Sequence record: OQ025076.1
From: Escherichia phage vB_EcoP_YF01
DNA length: 64,000 nucleotides
Direction: 5' to 3' (one strand)
Shown here: in pieces, positions 40,426 to 48,990 of the stretch
Layout: every line of letters starts with the position of its first letter
How positions within the stretch are numbered: the first letter of the stretch is position 1
The notes under the pieces: generated by a model
What the model was told of the DNA's origin: nothing
Database searches by the model: none
Seen by the model: only the letters and a program-made list of their open reading frames with translations
Translations under genes and position numbers: made by a program

Positions 40426-40790
40426 TCAACCTCAATACTATATAGAGTTTTCAGTGTATCTTTAATCCAAGCACGTCGTTTTGGATTCTTATGATGTGCC
40501 CCGTTTTCCCTATCTCTAAAATATTGATCACATCCGAATGGGTATGTTGGGTCCAAAAACTTTTCTTGATTAAACATATTCTTCATGTCGTCAATATCTA
40601 AATGCTTTGTGAAATAGTAATACCTCTTATAACAGCGAAAGTTGAAGCATAATCCTTGATCTTCACTAAACCATTTTGGATAAATTCCAGTCTTAGTTAT
40701 TTCATAATATTGGAGGAGGAAATCCTCCATCCCCCTCTCTTTAGCTAAACATCTCAATGTTCTGTAGATGATATTGGTTTCTTTCATCAC
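40422..40790 (-). CDS. Hypothetical protein
   Basis: 122 aa ORF immediately downstream of the DNA polymerase gene. Confidence 0.4.
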   Translation of the reverse strand: MMKETNIIYRTLRCLAKERGMEDFLLQYYEITKTGIYPKWFSEDQGLCFNFRCYKRYYYFTKHLDIDDMKNMFNQEKFLDPTYPFGCDQYFRDRENGAHHKNPKRRAWIKDTLKTLYSIEVE

Positions 40791-40795
40791 TCACC

Positions 40796-42640
40796 TTAGT
40801 GTGTATGCATCCAGTTAAGTCCAATCTGACAATCAGATGCCAGAGGACATTCCATATTCAGATACTCGCCAGCTTTCTTAACACAAAGCTCGGTGTGCTC
40901 TTTGAGTTTCTGTACATCATTACGGTTTACTGAGAATTGACCTTCATCGTGCATATCAATTACCTTAGCACAACGAACCTTATCTTTCTCAATCCACTTG
41001 TTAAGGAACATCATAGCATATTTCATAACAACAGCACCAGCACATTGCAGGAGTGTGTTAAGGGCTTTATGAACCATAACCTTACCAGTGGCATCCCGTC
41101 TCATTGTAATCTTACGACCATCAACTCCAATCAAGTATCCTTGAGCAGCTTTCTCTGTCATACGATCAATGAGGATTGCAATACATGGGTTCTCTGCTAA
41201 GAAACGTGCTCTCATCACTGAACCTTCGTCAGCCCCACCACCTACAATTGAACCAAGCTTAGCATCGCCAGCACCGTAGTTGAATGCATAGATAAACGTT
41301 TTAGCGTTGTCACGAGTAGGAAGACCAGCAAGTTTCTGGTTGTGGGAGTGGATATCACCTTCAAGGAGAATATCACGATACATAATAGCAGAAGCTAAAC
41401 CACGTTCTGCCAGAGCTTTCTTAGCTGGGTTGTTCTCTTCAATTGCCTCAGCAAGCATATCCCTACACTCTTTAATGAGGTAGTGAGCGAGCATACGAAG
41501 TTCAAGTCCAGAACCATCATACCCTAAGAATACTTCTTTACCAGCAGGTATGTAATATTTGTAAGCGCCTACAGGTTTGTCTTTCTTCCCAGGCTTACCT
41601 TTCTCGTAAATTACGTTAGTACCTTTTCGTATATAACAACCATCAGGAACAACGTTAGTAATAACGAAAGGACGAGAGTGATCACTGTCTGAGTTATAGT
41701 CAGACTCAAACAAACTGCGACACTCGTGACCAAACAGACCACGGGAGGGAATATTAACCACGATACGATGTTTGAATCGAAAAGTCGGCGTAGCGCAGCT
41801 GTTAGCTTCTGCCGAAAGTTTACCATCTTCGCGTTCCTTTGCTATGAGTCCACTGATAAGACCTAGCCTGTGAGCCGCTACAACGCGTCTCTTAAGCAAA
41901 CTTCCGACACTCCCTAGCTCACCCCCTAACCCTTCTTCAAGAGTCTCCTCGAGGTTTGTAGGAGCTGTAGGCCACTTGTTTGATGTGGCTAGTGCTTTCT
42001 TAATCTCATCAAACGTTACAGGATTACGGCGATTAGGGTTCAACCCCAAACCAAATACGTAAGCCTTCATGTAATTCTTAGTCTTAAACCTGAAATGCTT
42101 TTCTAAGAACTTCTTAATATCAGCGTCAACCATCTCGGCTGTCTGCTTCTGCTTAGCATTGCCTCGCATCCAAGCAGTATACCATGCTTGGTATGTTCCA
42201 TACTTTCTCATATCTTTCTTAATTTCGAAAGTATTCCAAGGCTTCTTAGATACGTTAAACTCTGGAGGAAGAAAGCCCTCATCCATAAGAGCTTCTTTAA
42301 CTCGTGCATCTTTCGATGGGTCAAAGTCTACGTATTCGACACAGGTGAAAGCTCCACCAATATCTTCTCTCTTCAGCCCAACCCTATCACAATAGGCTTG
42401 AGGCCACTTCTGTAAAGCTCCAGACTTTTTAAATGGCTTCATGTAAGTAGAGCCATCTAATCTCATCTTAGGTAAGAGAGGAATCAACTCTCTGTCAATA
42501 TTAACAATAATCTCTTTAAGGAGGTGAACATACCACCGAGCATTTCTTCGGTTGAAACTCACTCCGTGCTTTGCTTGCTTAGAGATTATATCAGCGACAG
42601 TCATCTCTGTCAAAAATGGAAGAGCGTCCGGGTTGCTCAC
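40796..42640 (-). CDS. Family A DNA polymerase, polymerase domain only
   Basis: Motif A LGYDGSGLELRML, motif B RDNAKTFIYAFNYGAG, motif C MHDEGQF; no N-terminal exonuclease domain in this ORF. Confidence 0.85.
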   Translation of the reverse strand: MSNPDALPFLTEMTVADIISKQAKHGVSFNRRNARWYVHLLKEIIVNIDRELIPLLPKMRLDGSTYMKPFKKSGALQKWPQAYCDRVGLKREDIGGAFTCVEYVDFDPSKDARVKEALMDEGFLPPEFNVSKKPWNTFEIKKDMRKYGTYQAWYTAWMRGNAKQKQTAEMVDADIKKFLEKHFRFKTKNYMKAYVFGLGLNPNRRNPVTFDEIKKALATSNKWPTAPTNLEETLEEGLGGELGSVGSLLKRRVVAAHRLGLISGLIAKEREDGKLSAEANSCATPTFRFKHRIVVNIPSRGLFGHECRSLFESDYNSDSDHSRPFVITNVVPDGCYIRKGTNVIYEKGKPGKKDKPVGAYKYYIPAGKEVFLGYDGSGLELRMLAHYLIKECRDMLAEAIEENNPAKKALAERGLASAIMYRDILLEGDIHSHNQKLAGLPTRDNAKTFIYAFNYGAGDAKLGSIVGGGADEGSVMRARFLAENPCIAILIDRMTEKAAQGYLIGVDGRKITMRRDATGKVMVHKALNTLLQCAGAVVMKYAMMFLNKWIEKDKVRCAKVIDMHDEGQFSVNRNDVQKLKEHTELCVKKAGEYLNMECPLASDCQIGLNWMHTH

Positions 42641-42656
42641 TTTATACTCCTTTAAA

Positions 42657-43079
42657 TTATTGGTAAAGTAAATCTGTAAATGCTTGGTTATCTTCTACTA
42701 CATTCAACATGGTAGCTTCATCACTATAAGCCCTAACCGTCCCGTTGACAACTGTCCAAGGAGGAGGTGGAGGTGGTGTATGGTTAGCCCTAGCTTCACG
42801 AGGTTGCTCTCGTACTAAATGAGCCACAACCCTTTGGTTAGCGACTTCTTCTCTTTCTCTAATAGCTCTCTGGATGTAGGCCAGCTTCATGCCCCAAGCT
42901 TCTTCAAACTCTTGAGGGTGCTTATCACTGATAACCACATACTGACGTTCAGGAATACCAGAGCGAATCTCTGATAATAATTCATGGAACAAATCTAGTT
43001 CGTGCTCAGTGAGATTCATTTCAATATCATCCCACTTTAGAACTAGGAAACGGTTTTGGTGTCTAGCTGGTAATGGCAT
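42657..43079 (-). CDS. Hypothetical protein with poly-proline stretch
   Basis: 140 aa ORF upstream of the polymerase gene. Confidence 0.4.
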   Translation of the reverse strand: MPLPARHQNRFLVLKWDDIEMNLTEHELDLFHELLSEIRSGIPERQYVVISDKHPQEFEEAWGMKLAYIQRAIREREEVANQRVVAHLVREQPREARANHTPPPPPPWTVVNGTVRAYSDEATMLNVVEDNQAFTDLLYQ

Positions 43080-43082
43080 AAC

Positions 43083-43367
43083 TCAACCTCTTGGGAATGG
43101 CATCAAAAATTCCACAGCAGATTTAATTTCATTATTGATTCTTGAATCACGATAAGAGATAAACTTACCTTTGCTATCACGTAACATCACATTAGTTCTG
43201 GCTGTTTTGTGAGGTAGTAATGTGACACTAGTTGGAATAGCATCAATCCCTACAGCGTATTTGTCAATAGTCTTACTTTCAGCCAACAGATAAGACCAAG
43301 TACGCGGTTTCTGCTCCGGGCGGTTAGGGTAGGTGTCCCGAATCTGAACCATAGCTAACTTATTCAT
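43083..43367 (-). CDS. Small protein, tandem paralogue 2 of 2
   Basis: Shares TARTNV(M/L)LR...GKFISY...AVE.L.PFP(R/K)G with the adjacent gene. Confidence 0.45.
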   Translation of the reverse strand: MNKLAMVQIRDTYPNRPEQKPRTWSYLLAESKTIDKYAVGIDAIPTSVTLLPHKTARTNVMLRDSKGKFISYRDSRINNEIKSAVEFLMPFPRG

Positions 43368-43368
43368 A

Positions 43369-43623
43369 TTAAACTCCTTTAGGGAATGGGATGAGGTTTT
43401 CTACTGCAACACGGAAAGATTTTTCTACGTTCTTATTCTTATAAGAGATAAATTTTCCATCAGCTCCGCGAAGGAGTACGTTAGTGCGAGCTGTATTTGG
43501 GTTTTGTTGAATCATAGAACGAATGATGTTCTCTGAACCTCTGTGCTTATTGGTGAATTTCCAACTGATAATTTTACCGGTACGAGTTACATCAATGATA
43601 TTTACGATTTTTACAATAGACAT
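43369..43623 (-). CDS. Small protein, tandem paralogue 1 of 2
   Basis: See the adjacent paralogue; separated from it by one nucleotide. Confidence 0.45.
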   Translation of the reverse strand: MSIVKIVNIIDVTRTGKIISWKFTNKHRGSENIIRSMIQQNPNTARTNVLLRGADGKFISYKNKNVEKSFRVAVENLIPFPKGV

Positions 43624-43654
43624 ATTTATTACCTAAAAAGTTCAACTTGGTTTA

Positions 43655-43687
43655 TATAAAAGAAAAGGCCACCCATTTGGGTAGCCT
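43655..43687 (-). terminator. Rho-independent terminator downstream of the HNH gene
   Basis: Minus strand AGGCTACCC-AAAT-GGGTGGCCT followed by TTTTCTTTTAT. Confidence 0.55.
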
Positions 43688-43702
43688 CATATTACGATGA
43701 GC

Positions 43703-44197
43703 TTAAAGCTCCTTTAAAGCGTGAAGTATTGCTGTGTGGCTGACACCAAACAACTTACCAAGACCTCTAGAGCCGAAATCCCTAGAACCCTTCACATACA
43801 TTTGTTTAACCTTTACAACATCTTCAGATGATAGTTTGGTAGCTGCATTATGGTCACGAGGCTTTCCAACATTCAAACCCGTATCAAATGCATGTCTCAT
43901 ATTTTCAGAAGGAGTCACCCATTCAAGATTCTCTATCCTGTTATCAGACTTAATTCCATTTATATGGTTTATCTCTGGATAGTTGTTAGGGTTGGGTATC
44001 AAATGTGTTGCTATAAGTCTGTGAGCTTTCCAATGCCTGCCCTCGAAAAAGATTCCTATATAACCCTTTCGGTTTATATGACCAGCTTCTTTGCCGGGAT
44101 GGCTCTTGTTCCACTTACGACCTCTTTCTGTAGACGAAGTAAAGAAAAGCTTTCCAGATGTTTCATCATAAGAAAGCCAACTTCTAATAGGAATCAC
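43703..44197 (-). CDS. HNH homing-type endonuclease with C-terminal HTH-like domain
   Basis: HRLIATHLIPNP...EINHINGIKSDNRIENLEWVTPSENMRHA. Confidence 0.7.
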   Translation of the reverse strand: MIPIRSWLSYDETSGKLFFTSSTERGRKWNKSHPGKEAGHINRKGYIGIFFEGRHWKAHRLIATHLIPNPNNYPEINHINGIKSDNRIENLEWVTPSENMRHAFDTGLNVGKPRDHNAATKLSSEDVVKVKQMYVKGSRDFGSRGLGKLFGVSHTAILHALKEL

Positions 44198-44514
44198 TGA
44201 CTCAGTGCTCCTTTTCGCTTAGCAGCTCCAGCTGCTTTTCCAGCTCGATCACCACTTTTGCCGCCGTTTGAACGGTTTGAGCTGACTGATTCAACACGTA
44301 AGTTGCTTGACGCATTAGAACCTCCAGACTTGACAGCTCGTTTGTGTCCAACATCTTTACCTCTGACAGCAGCTTTTCCATCGCGCTTTTCAACGATGCG
44401 ACGTGCACGGTGGCGCTGAGCATCTCCGCTCTTGCTCCCAATTCCCGTTTCACCACGCTTGATCGCAGTCCTTCTTTCTTGTGCATAATCTCTCTTTCCT
44501 ACATGATCTGCCAT
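44194..44514 (-). CDS. Basic K/R/G-rich hypothetical protein (an alternative overlapping frame 44202..44486 also exists)
   Basis: Strong RBS AAGGAG 6 nt before ATG 44514 and a TAATGTATA element 37 nt upstream; which frame is expressed is unresolved. Confidence 0.3.
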   Translation of the reverse strand: MADHVGKRDYAQERRTAIKRGETGIGSKSGDAQRHRARRIVEKRDGKAAVRGKDVGHKRAVKSGGSNASSNLRVESVSSNRSNGGKSGDRAGKAAGAAKRKGALSQ

Positions 44515-44550
44515 TTAAAACTCCTTAATATATCAGTGTACACTAAGGAG

Positions 44551-44559
44551 TATACATTA
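44551..44559 (-). promoter_or_regulatory. TAATGTATA promoter-like element (minus strand), 37 nt upstream of ATG 44514
   Basis: Plus-strand TATACATTA; followed on the minus strand by the perfect palindrome AGTGTACACT. Confidence 0.45.
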
Positions 44560-44570
44560 TAAGTTACTGT

Positions 44571-45308
44571 TTAAGCTTTCTTTTCCATTGCTTTAACAAT
44601 CGCCTTACAGAAACCAGAACGAACAATATCATCTGATTCACCATCTACAATCTCAGCAAACTCATACAGATCATGTTCATCAATAAAGTTAGTAGCCCAA
44701 GTTAGACCACTCTCGCGACCACGCATATCATGCTGGTTTGTATCACCCATACAGAACAATTGAGAGGTTTCTCCCAATCGAGTCATGATGGAGAAGGCTT
44801 CATCCTTAGTTGTGTTCTGGAACTCATCTACGATAACAATGGCATCATTGAAAGAGCGACCACGGAGATATTCCAGAGGTACAAATTCAATGTTACCATT
44901 TCCGATTTGGCATTCATAGAATCCCTTACCGTATCGCTGAGTAATAACATCAATGATAGGCATCAGGTATGGTTCAAACTTCTCACGCATTCCTCCCGGA
45001 AGTAGCCCAAGAGAATTTCCCATGCCAACCGAAGGGCGACTCAGAATGATCTTCTGAATCTTACCGCTCTTCAATGCATCAATAACTGTGGAAGTGATTA
45101 CAAAGGTCTTACCACAGCCCGCAGGAGCGTCTGTGAACACAACTTGCTTAGTCTTGATAGCGTTGAGTAGCTCAGACTGAAACTGGTTCTGAGGGACTAC
45201 AGGCTTTGCTAAAACCACCTCTTCAAACTCTCGCTTACCCTTACGAGTGACAAGTGCTTCCCGACGAAGGTCTTTCCGTGATTCTTTCCGTGATTGACGA
45301 CGACTCAT
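44571..45308 (-). CDS. phoH: PhoH-like ATPase
   Basis: Walker A DAPAGCGKTF and PhoH-type downstream blocks (IVIVDEFQNTT). Confidence 0.8.
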   Translation of the reverse strand: MSRRQSRKESRKDLRREALVTRKGKREFEEVVLAKPVVPQNQFQSELLNAIKTKQVVFTDAPAGCGKTFVITSTVIDALKSGKIQKIILSRPSVGMGNSLGLLPGGMREKFEPYLMPIIDVITQRYGKGFYECQIGNGNIEFVPLEYLRGRSFNDAIVIVDEFQNTTKDEAFSIMTRLGETSQLFCMGDTNQHDMRGRESGLTWATNFIDEHDLYEFAEIVDGESDDIVRSGFCKAIVKAMEKKA

Positions 45309-45490
45309 TTACGCTCTCCAATTTCTTCGTAATGACATTCAGTAGTTAAACAATCTTTACAGATTGCTGTATAAACCCTGACGTTAGTAAATCGTTTGTT
45401 CTTCCCTTTGGTTGGAGAGCCTTTGGCAAGCTCTCTGATAACCTTGTTACTTAAGTGAAGGTTTGTTCCTTCACATTTAGAGCACTTCAT
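45305..45490 (-). CDS. Small zinc-ribbon protein
   Basis: CSKCEG...CKDCLTTEC cysteine pairs; 61 aa. Confidence 0.4.
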   Translation of the reverse strand: MKCSKCEGTNLHLSNKVIRELAKGSPTKGKNKRFTNVRVYTAICKDCLTTECHYEEIGERK

Positions 45491-45806
45491 GGTTCATATC
45501 TTTATGAATCCTGTAAACAACTGTCGCCATACAAGCAACAGCCTCATTGTGTGGGAGATGCATCCCTGTAGAACCGTCCCAATCTTTGAACTCATTATCA
45601 AAGACTCCGGTAGGTTCTGGATAGAGGGCTTGCAACTCAACCAAATCGTTAGCAACTTGTTGCCATTTATCATCAGACCAGATAGGGTCATCCAACCAGT
45701 AATACAAATAGGAATGGATGATCAATTGCCTTCTATGCCGATTGATTACTTCAGCGGGACTTATCTCACTTCCATTTGAAGTCCTAAATGTATTACTGTC
45801 AATCAT
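45477..45806 (-). CDS. Small protein resembling the N-terminal Ia domain of NAD-dependent DNA ligase
   Basis: HSYLYYWLDDPIWSDDKWQQVANDLVELQALYPE parallels the LigA motif [32 protein letters not shown] (from memory); no adenylation domain follows. Confidence 0.4.
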   Translation of the reverse strand: MIDSNTFRTSNGSEISPAEVINRHRRQLIIHSYLYYWLDDPIWSDDKWQQVANDLVELQALYPEPTGVFDNEFKDWDGSTGMHLPHNEAVACMATVVYRIHKDMNHEVL

Positions 45807-45968
45807 TTCACAACCTTAAATTTGAATGTTGTTGGGTGATAATAATGCAACCTGTTGATGGTGTGCTTGATTTCAAGGTATGTCCTACAGGAGTGGCACA
45901 TAACATGAGACAAACCAGTAACAGGATTGGTCTTAAAATTGATGATAGGCTTCTCTTTCTTACAGAAG

Positions 45969-46202
45969 CTACAGACTTTCTTTTCCATCTTTTCTCCAGT
46001 GGTCAACGAATTGCTGAAACACTTTATGGTCGAATGTGAAACCGCGAGCAATCCCACACTCTACGAAAGTAGAAGGCATATAGTCTACATCATCTTTAGA
46101 TGTATGACCATAAACTTGAATAAGCTTTTTAATCTTATCCTTCTCTCTTCGAGGAAGCATTCTAAATGCCTCCTGAATATCTGTAATATGTTTGATTTTC
46201 AT
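45969..46202 (-). CDS. Hypothetical protein
   Basis: 77 aa ORF upstream of thyX; a small zinc-finger ORF (45803..45988) may follow it. Confidence 0.35.
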   Translation of the reverse strand: MKIKHITDIQEAFRMLPRREKDKIKKLIQVYGHTSKDDVDYMPSTFVECGIARGFTFDHKVFQQFVDHWRKDGKESL

Positions 46203-46218
46203 CAGAAAGCCTCTGATA

Positions 46219-46875
46219 TTAACTCTCCAAAGTTTTCTTCAGAGCTGCCCACGAGATTGGGTAGAGTTTAGCCATCTCTTCATCTAGAGATTTAGCAAAC
46301 ACTCGAACTTCATATTGAGCGTGAGAGGAGAGTCGCTGACGACACAACTCAAACCAGCCATACAAAGAACCGGTCCACACCCACTCAGTGATCATCCCCT
46401 GAGGAAGAACAAATCGAGCTTGCTCTGGTGCAATAAATTCAATCAACTTGTCATATGCTGCTAGAGAAGCTTCATATGAATCGTTAATCAGCATTAATGC
46501 TTCAGCTCGCTCTCCGTCGATGAGTTGAACCCCTGAACCTGCATGGAGGTCCGAAGGTCTCGCAAAAATCTCTTTAGGGATGAAGACTTCAACTGCTCCA
46601 TCTTTATACCGCCGGGACATTTCGTTCCACGAGAATCCAACCTGATGCTTGCCCAACTGTCTCGCAATTGCAATAGGTGCTTTGCATCGGAAACTGACTT
46701 GCGGGTGTCGGAATGGGGTAACATGCTTCTCTCTTGCGAGAAAGTTGATGAGACGTTCATCACGTTCATTTAAATCACCTTCACGGGTTACGCCAAAGGA
46801 AACTCGAGCTGCGTTTACTACGCTACGATCACTTCCCATAGCTTCAATTAATGTTGCTTGTAGTTGTTCATTCAT
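46219..46875 (-). CDS. thyX: FAD-dependent thymidylate synthase ThyX homologue with variant motif (KHQ in place of RHR)
   Basis: AARVSF, TPFRH, KAPIAIARQ, SWNEMSRRY and SHAQYE blocks align with ThyX; the RHR position reads KHQ. Confidence 0.8.
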   Translation of the reverse strand: MNEQLQATLIEAMGSDRSVVNAARVSFGVTREGDLNERDERLINFLAREKHVTPFRHPQVSFRCKAPIAIARQLGKHQVGFSWNEMSRRYKDGAVEVFIPKEIFARPSDLHAGSGVQLIDGERAEALMLINDSYEASLAAYDKLIEFIAPEQARFVLPQGMITEWVWTGSLYGWFELCRQRLSSHAQYEVRVFAKSLDEEMAKLYPISWAALKKTLES

Positions 46876-46890
46876 CCGTGAATATCCTTA

Positions 46891-47166
46891 TTACTTATTT
46901 CTCAGGGCTGTGTCCAAAAATGCTTTCAGGTTTGCTTCAGTCTGCATACCGGAGAGGCTGTAGTGTGCACCACTGTTACGGTCAGGCACAACGAAAGCAG
47001 GGATACTTCGTACACCATACTTAACAGCTTGTTCACGACCACCACCTTCAAGGATGTTAATCTCTTCCACTTCTACATCAAACTCCTTAACAACCTTCTC
47101 AAAGGTAGGAGCCATTGCTTTACATGGAGCACACTGATCACTATAAAACTTAATTACTTTAGACAT
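46891..47166 (-). CDS. Thioredoxin/glutaredoxin-like redoxin
   Basis: 91 aa with CAPC active-site motif near the N-terminus. Confidence 0.6.
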   Translation of the reverse strand: MSKVIKFYSDQCAPCKAMAPTFEKVVKEFDVEVEEINILEGGGREQAVKYGVRSIPAFVVPDRNSGAHYSLSGMQTEANLKAFLDTALRNK

Positions 47167-47174
47167 GTAAATCC

Positions 47175-47354
47175 TTATGCAGTCAGGAGGTGAAGCAGGA
47201 ATGGGATAACAACAGCTACGATAACCATGATAGTTGATGCTGTTTGAATCTCACCTTTCTTATCAGGAGTTTCTTCAATAAGCTTACCAGAAGCCCAATA
47301 AATACCACCACCAATAAAGATAGCCCAAATACCCCATACGATTGCTGATAACAT
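47175..47354 (-). CDS. Small membrane protein (59 aa)
   Basis: Own translation MLSAIVWGIWAIFIGGGIYWASG...MVIVAVVIPFLL; two hydrophobic segments; AAGGA RBS. Confidence 0.3.
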   Translation of the reverse strand: MLSAIVWGIWAIFIGGGIYWASGKLIEETPDKKGEIQTASTIMVIVAVVIPFLLHLLTA

Positions 47355-47416
47355 ATATCTATATCCTTATAAATAAGTTCGCCCCACCTCGGGTTAGGAG
47401 ACAGGGCGGAGGTTTT

Positions 47417-48028
47417 TTAGTAAGACACGTCACCACTTGAATGGGACATGTTGCTCTTGACGAAGTAGCAATACTTGCCAAGACCTTCATTAATTTCTTG
47501 AAGCATACTCTGATCGACAGGGTAGGTGGCTAAATCACCATCAAACTCATCCATCTTCTCAATAATACACATCAAAGTCATGCACATATCAGAGAGCATA
47601 CCATCCATGTCTAGATCAGCATTACCCTCTGAGAACCAAGCATGGGAGAGATAGTTAGCTGCTGTAGCATCCACTTTAACACAGTGGTAACGCATACGTT
47701 CAGCAATACGATCTCCTACCTGTCGTGCGTAATCTTCCAGCTCATCAAACATACCATGAACACCCTGAAATCCTGCACCAGAGACGTTCCAGTGGTAGTT
47801 TTTAGCTTTGATATGCAAGAGTTCCATGTTAGCTTGTAAGCAGCTCAGGATGTGTTCTAGGCTGTTTCCGCTAATCATACCCTGCATTGTTTCAAGGCGA
47901 GAGATTGATAGGTCGGACCGGTCTAACACGCTATAGCTGTCACGACCAATCTCAGGTAAATCAAAAACATTCTTATGCATTTGGGTTTTCTCCATCAAGT
48001 TCAACTGAGTTAGCAACGTTACGTGCAA
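47417..48028 (-). CDS. Dps-like ferritin-family protein
   Basis: KAKNYHWNVSGAGFQGVHGMFDELEDY...DRIAERM matches the Dps ferroxidase-region signature; true start probably an internal Met. Confidence 0.75.
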   Translation of the reverse strand: MHVTLLTQLNLMEKTQMHKNVFDLPEIGRDSYSVLDRSDLSISRLETMQGMISGNSLEHILSCLQANMELLHIKAKNYHWNVSGAGFQGVHGMFDELEDYARQVGDRIAERMRYHCVKVDATAANYLSHAWFSEGNADLDMDGMLSDMCMTLMCIIEKMDEFDGDLATYPVDQSMLQEINEGLGKYCYFVKSNMSHSSGDVSY

Positions 48029-48302
48029 TATTATCCATTACCTGCTGGGTAATTACGATGCAGTTCTGCGGGTCTACTGACTTAGAACGCCCCATTTCAG
48101 GGTCATACACCTTAACTCGCTTAGCAGTTGAGCCTGTAACCTGAAGAACCTTCAACAGATATCCCTGATTACCGATAGACCAAGCAACAACATCACGATT
48201 CTTGATAAAGCGACCAAGCATATCACGATGATAAAACTGTTGCATCACCTTGGATTTTGTAATCTCTTCAGTGGGCGGGGCCACTTTACTCAAATCTAAC
48301 AT
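47973..48302 (-). CDS. Hypothetical protein
   Basis: 109 aa; an AAATGTATA near-match to the promoter motif lies 40 nt upstream. Confidence 0.4.
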   Translation of the reverse strand: MLDLSKVAPPTEEITKSKVMQQFYHRDMLGRFIKNRDVVAWSIGNQGYLLKVLQVTGSTAKRVKVYDPEMGRSKSVDPQNCIVITQQVMDNIARNVANSVELDGENPNA

Positions 48303-48341
48303 AACTCTCTCCTGTAAAATACAAATTCTTATTGTACTCTA

Positions 48342-48350
48342 TATACATTT
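48342..48350 (-). promoter_or_regulatory. Near-match promoter-like element AAATGTATA (minus strand) flanked by a 9-bp inverted repeat
   Basis: Plus-strand TATACATTT; ATAACTCTC at 48301-48309 and GAGAGTTAT at 48351-48359 bracket it. Confidence 0.3.
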
Positions 48351-48374
48351 GAGAGTTATCATATCTACTACCAA

Positions 48375-48584
48375 TCAGTAGTAAATTACTTTAGACATAA
48401 AAGAACCAGTGTTAGGGTCTTCATACCAGCGATGTATGTCAGCGCTTTTTACTATTGTGCCCAGAGTCTTCAACTGTTTCTTAGCAATACGAGCCTCTTT
48501 GCGAGTGTCAAACAATTTGATGTTATCTTTTCTCATGTGTTGCTCAAGATCCCAAACAACATGAATAGCCCACATCTTTTTCAT
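48375..48584 (-). CDS. Small basic protein, tandem paralogue 3 of 3
   Basis: Shares a TR-x-(E/Q)-AR...K core and C-terminal (V/I)YY-type ending with the two upstream genes. Confidence 0.45.
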   Translation of the reverse strand: MKKMWAIHVVWDLEQHMRKDNIKLFDTRKEARIAKKQLKTLGTIVKSADIHRWYEDPNTGSFMSKVIYY

Positions 48585-48793
48585 TAGTAATGTACCTTTC
48601 CGCTGATATAAACACGACCAGAAGAATACTCCTTGGCCTTATGGATACTGATACTGTTGACCACGTCACCAGTAAGCATAGTCTTTTTAAAATCTCGAGC
48701 TTGTTGGCGAGTGGGGAGTGCAGTCATAGTCATGCCACCTGATGCCCACTTAATCTTTGCTAACCAAAATTGTCTCATAGTGATCGGTCTCAT
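48584..48793 (-). CDS. Small basic protein, tandem paralogue 2 of 3
   Basis: Same family as neighbours; abutting coding regions. Confidence 0.45.
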   Translation of the reverse strand: MRPITMRQFWLAKIKWASGGMTMTALPTRQQARDFKKTMLTGDVVNSISIHKAKEYSSGRVYISGKVHY

Positions 48794-48990
48794 TAATAAT
48801 AAACCTTACTGTTGGCAATAAAAGCACCTTCGCTATTCACAATAGCCCTTCCTAATGTAACCTTGTTAAGTCTAAAAGTAGACTTGTATTGATTTTTGAC
48901 CCTACGTGCGTGTTCTCGAGTCTTAACAAAATCTACAGCTACTAATTCTCCAGTCGTGTTATCATGTACACGAACAATCCACTTTTTCAT
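48793..48990 (-). CDS. Small basic protein, tandem paralogue 1 of 3
   Basis: Same family as neighbours. Confidence 0.45.
   Translation of the reverse strand: MKKWIVRVHDNTTGELVAVDFVKTREHARRVKNQYKSTFRLNKVTLGRAIVNSEGAFIANSKVYY

Noticed and set aside
44202-44486. Alternative minus-strand frame (94 aa, helical) overlapping the basic ORF 44194..44514
   Set aside because: Not firmly rejected. Only one locus is reported because both frames cannot be resolved by eye; the RBS and promoter-like spacing favour the 44514 start, but the 44486 frame looks more protein-like.
47380-47420. Possible plus-strand terminator (weak hairpin then TTTTTT) between the Dps-like and thioredoxin-like genes
   Set aside because: Stem pairing is poor and the orientation is wrong for the surrounding minus-strand genes; on the minus strand the loop is too large.
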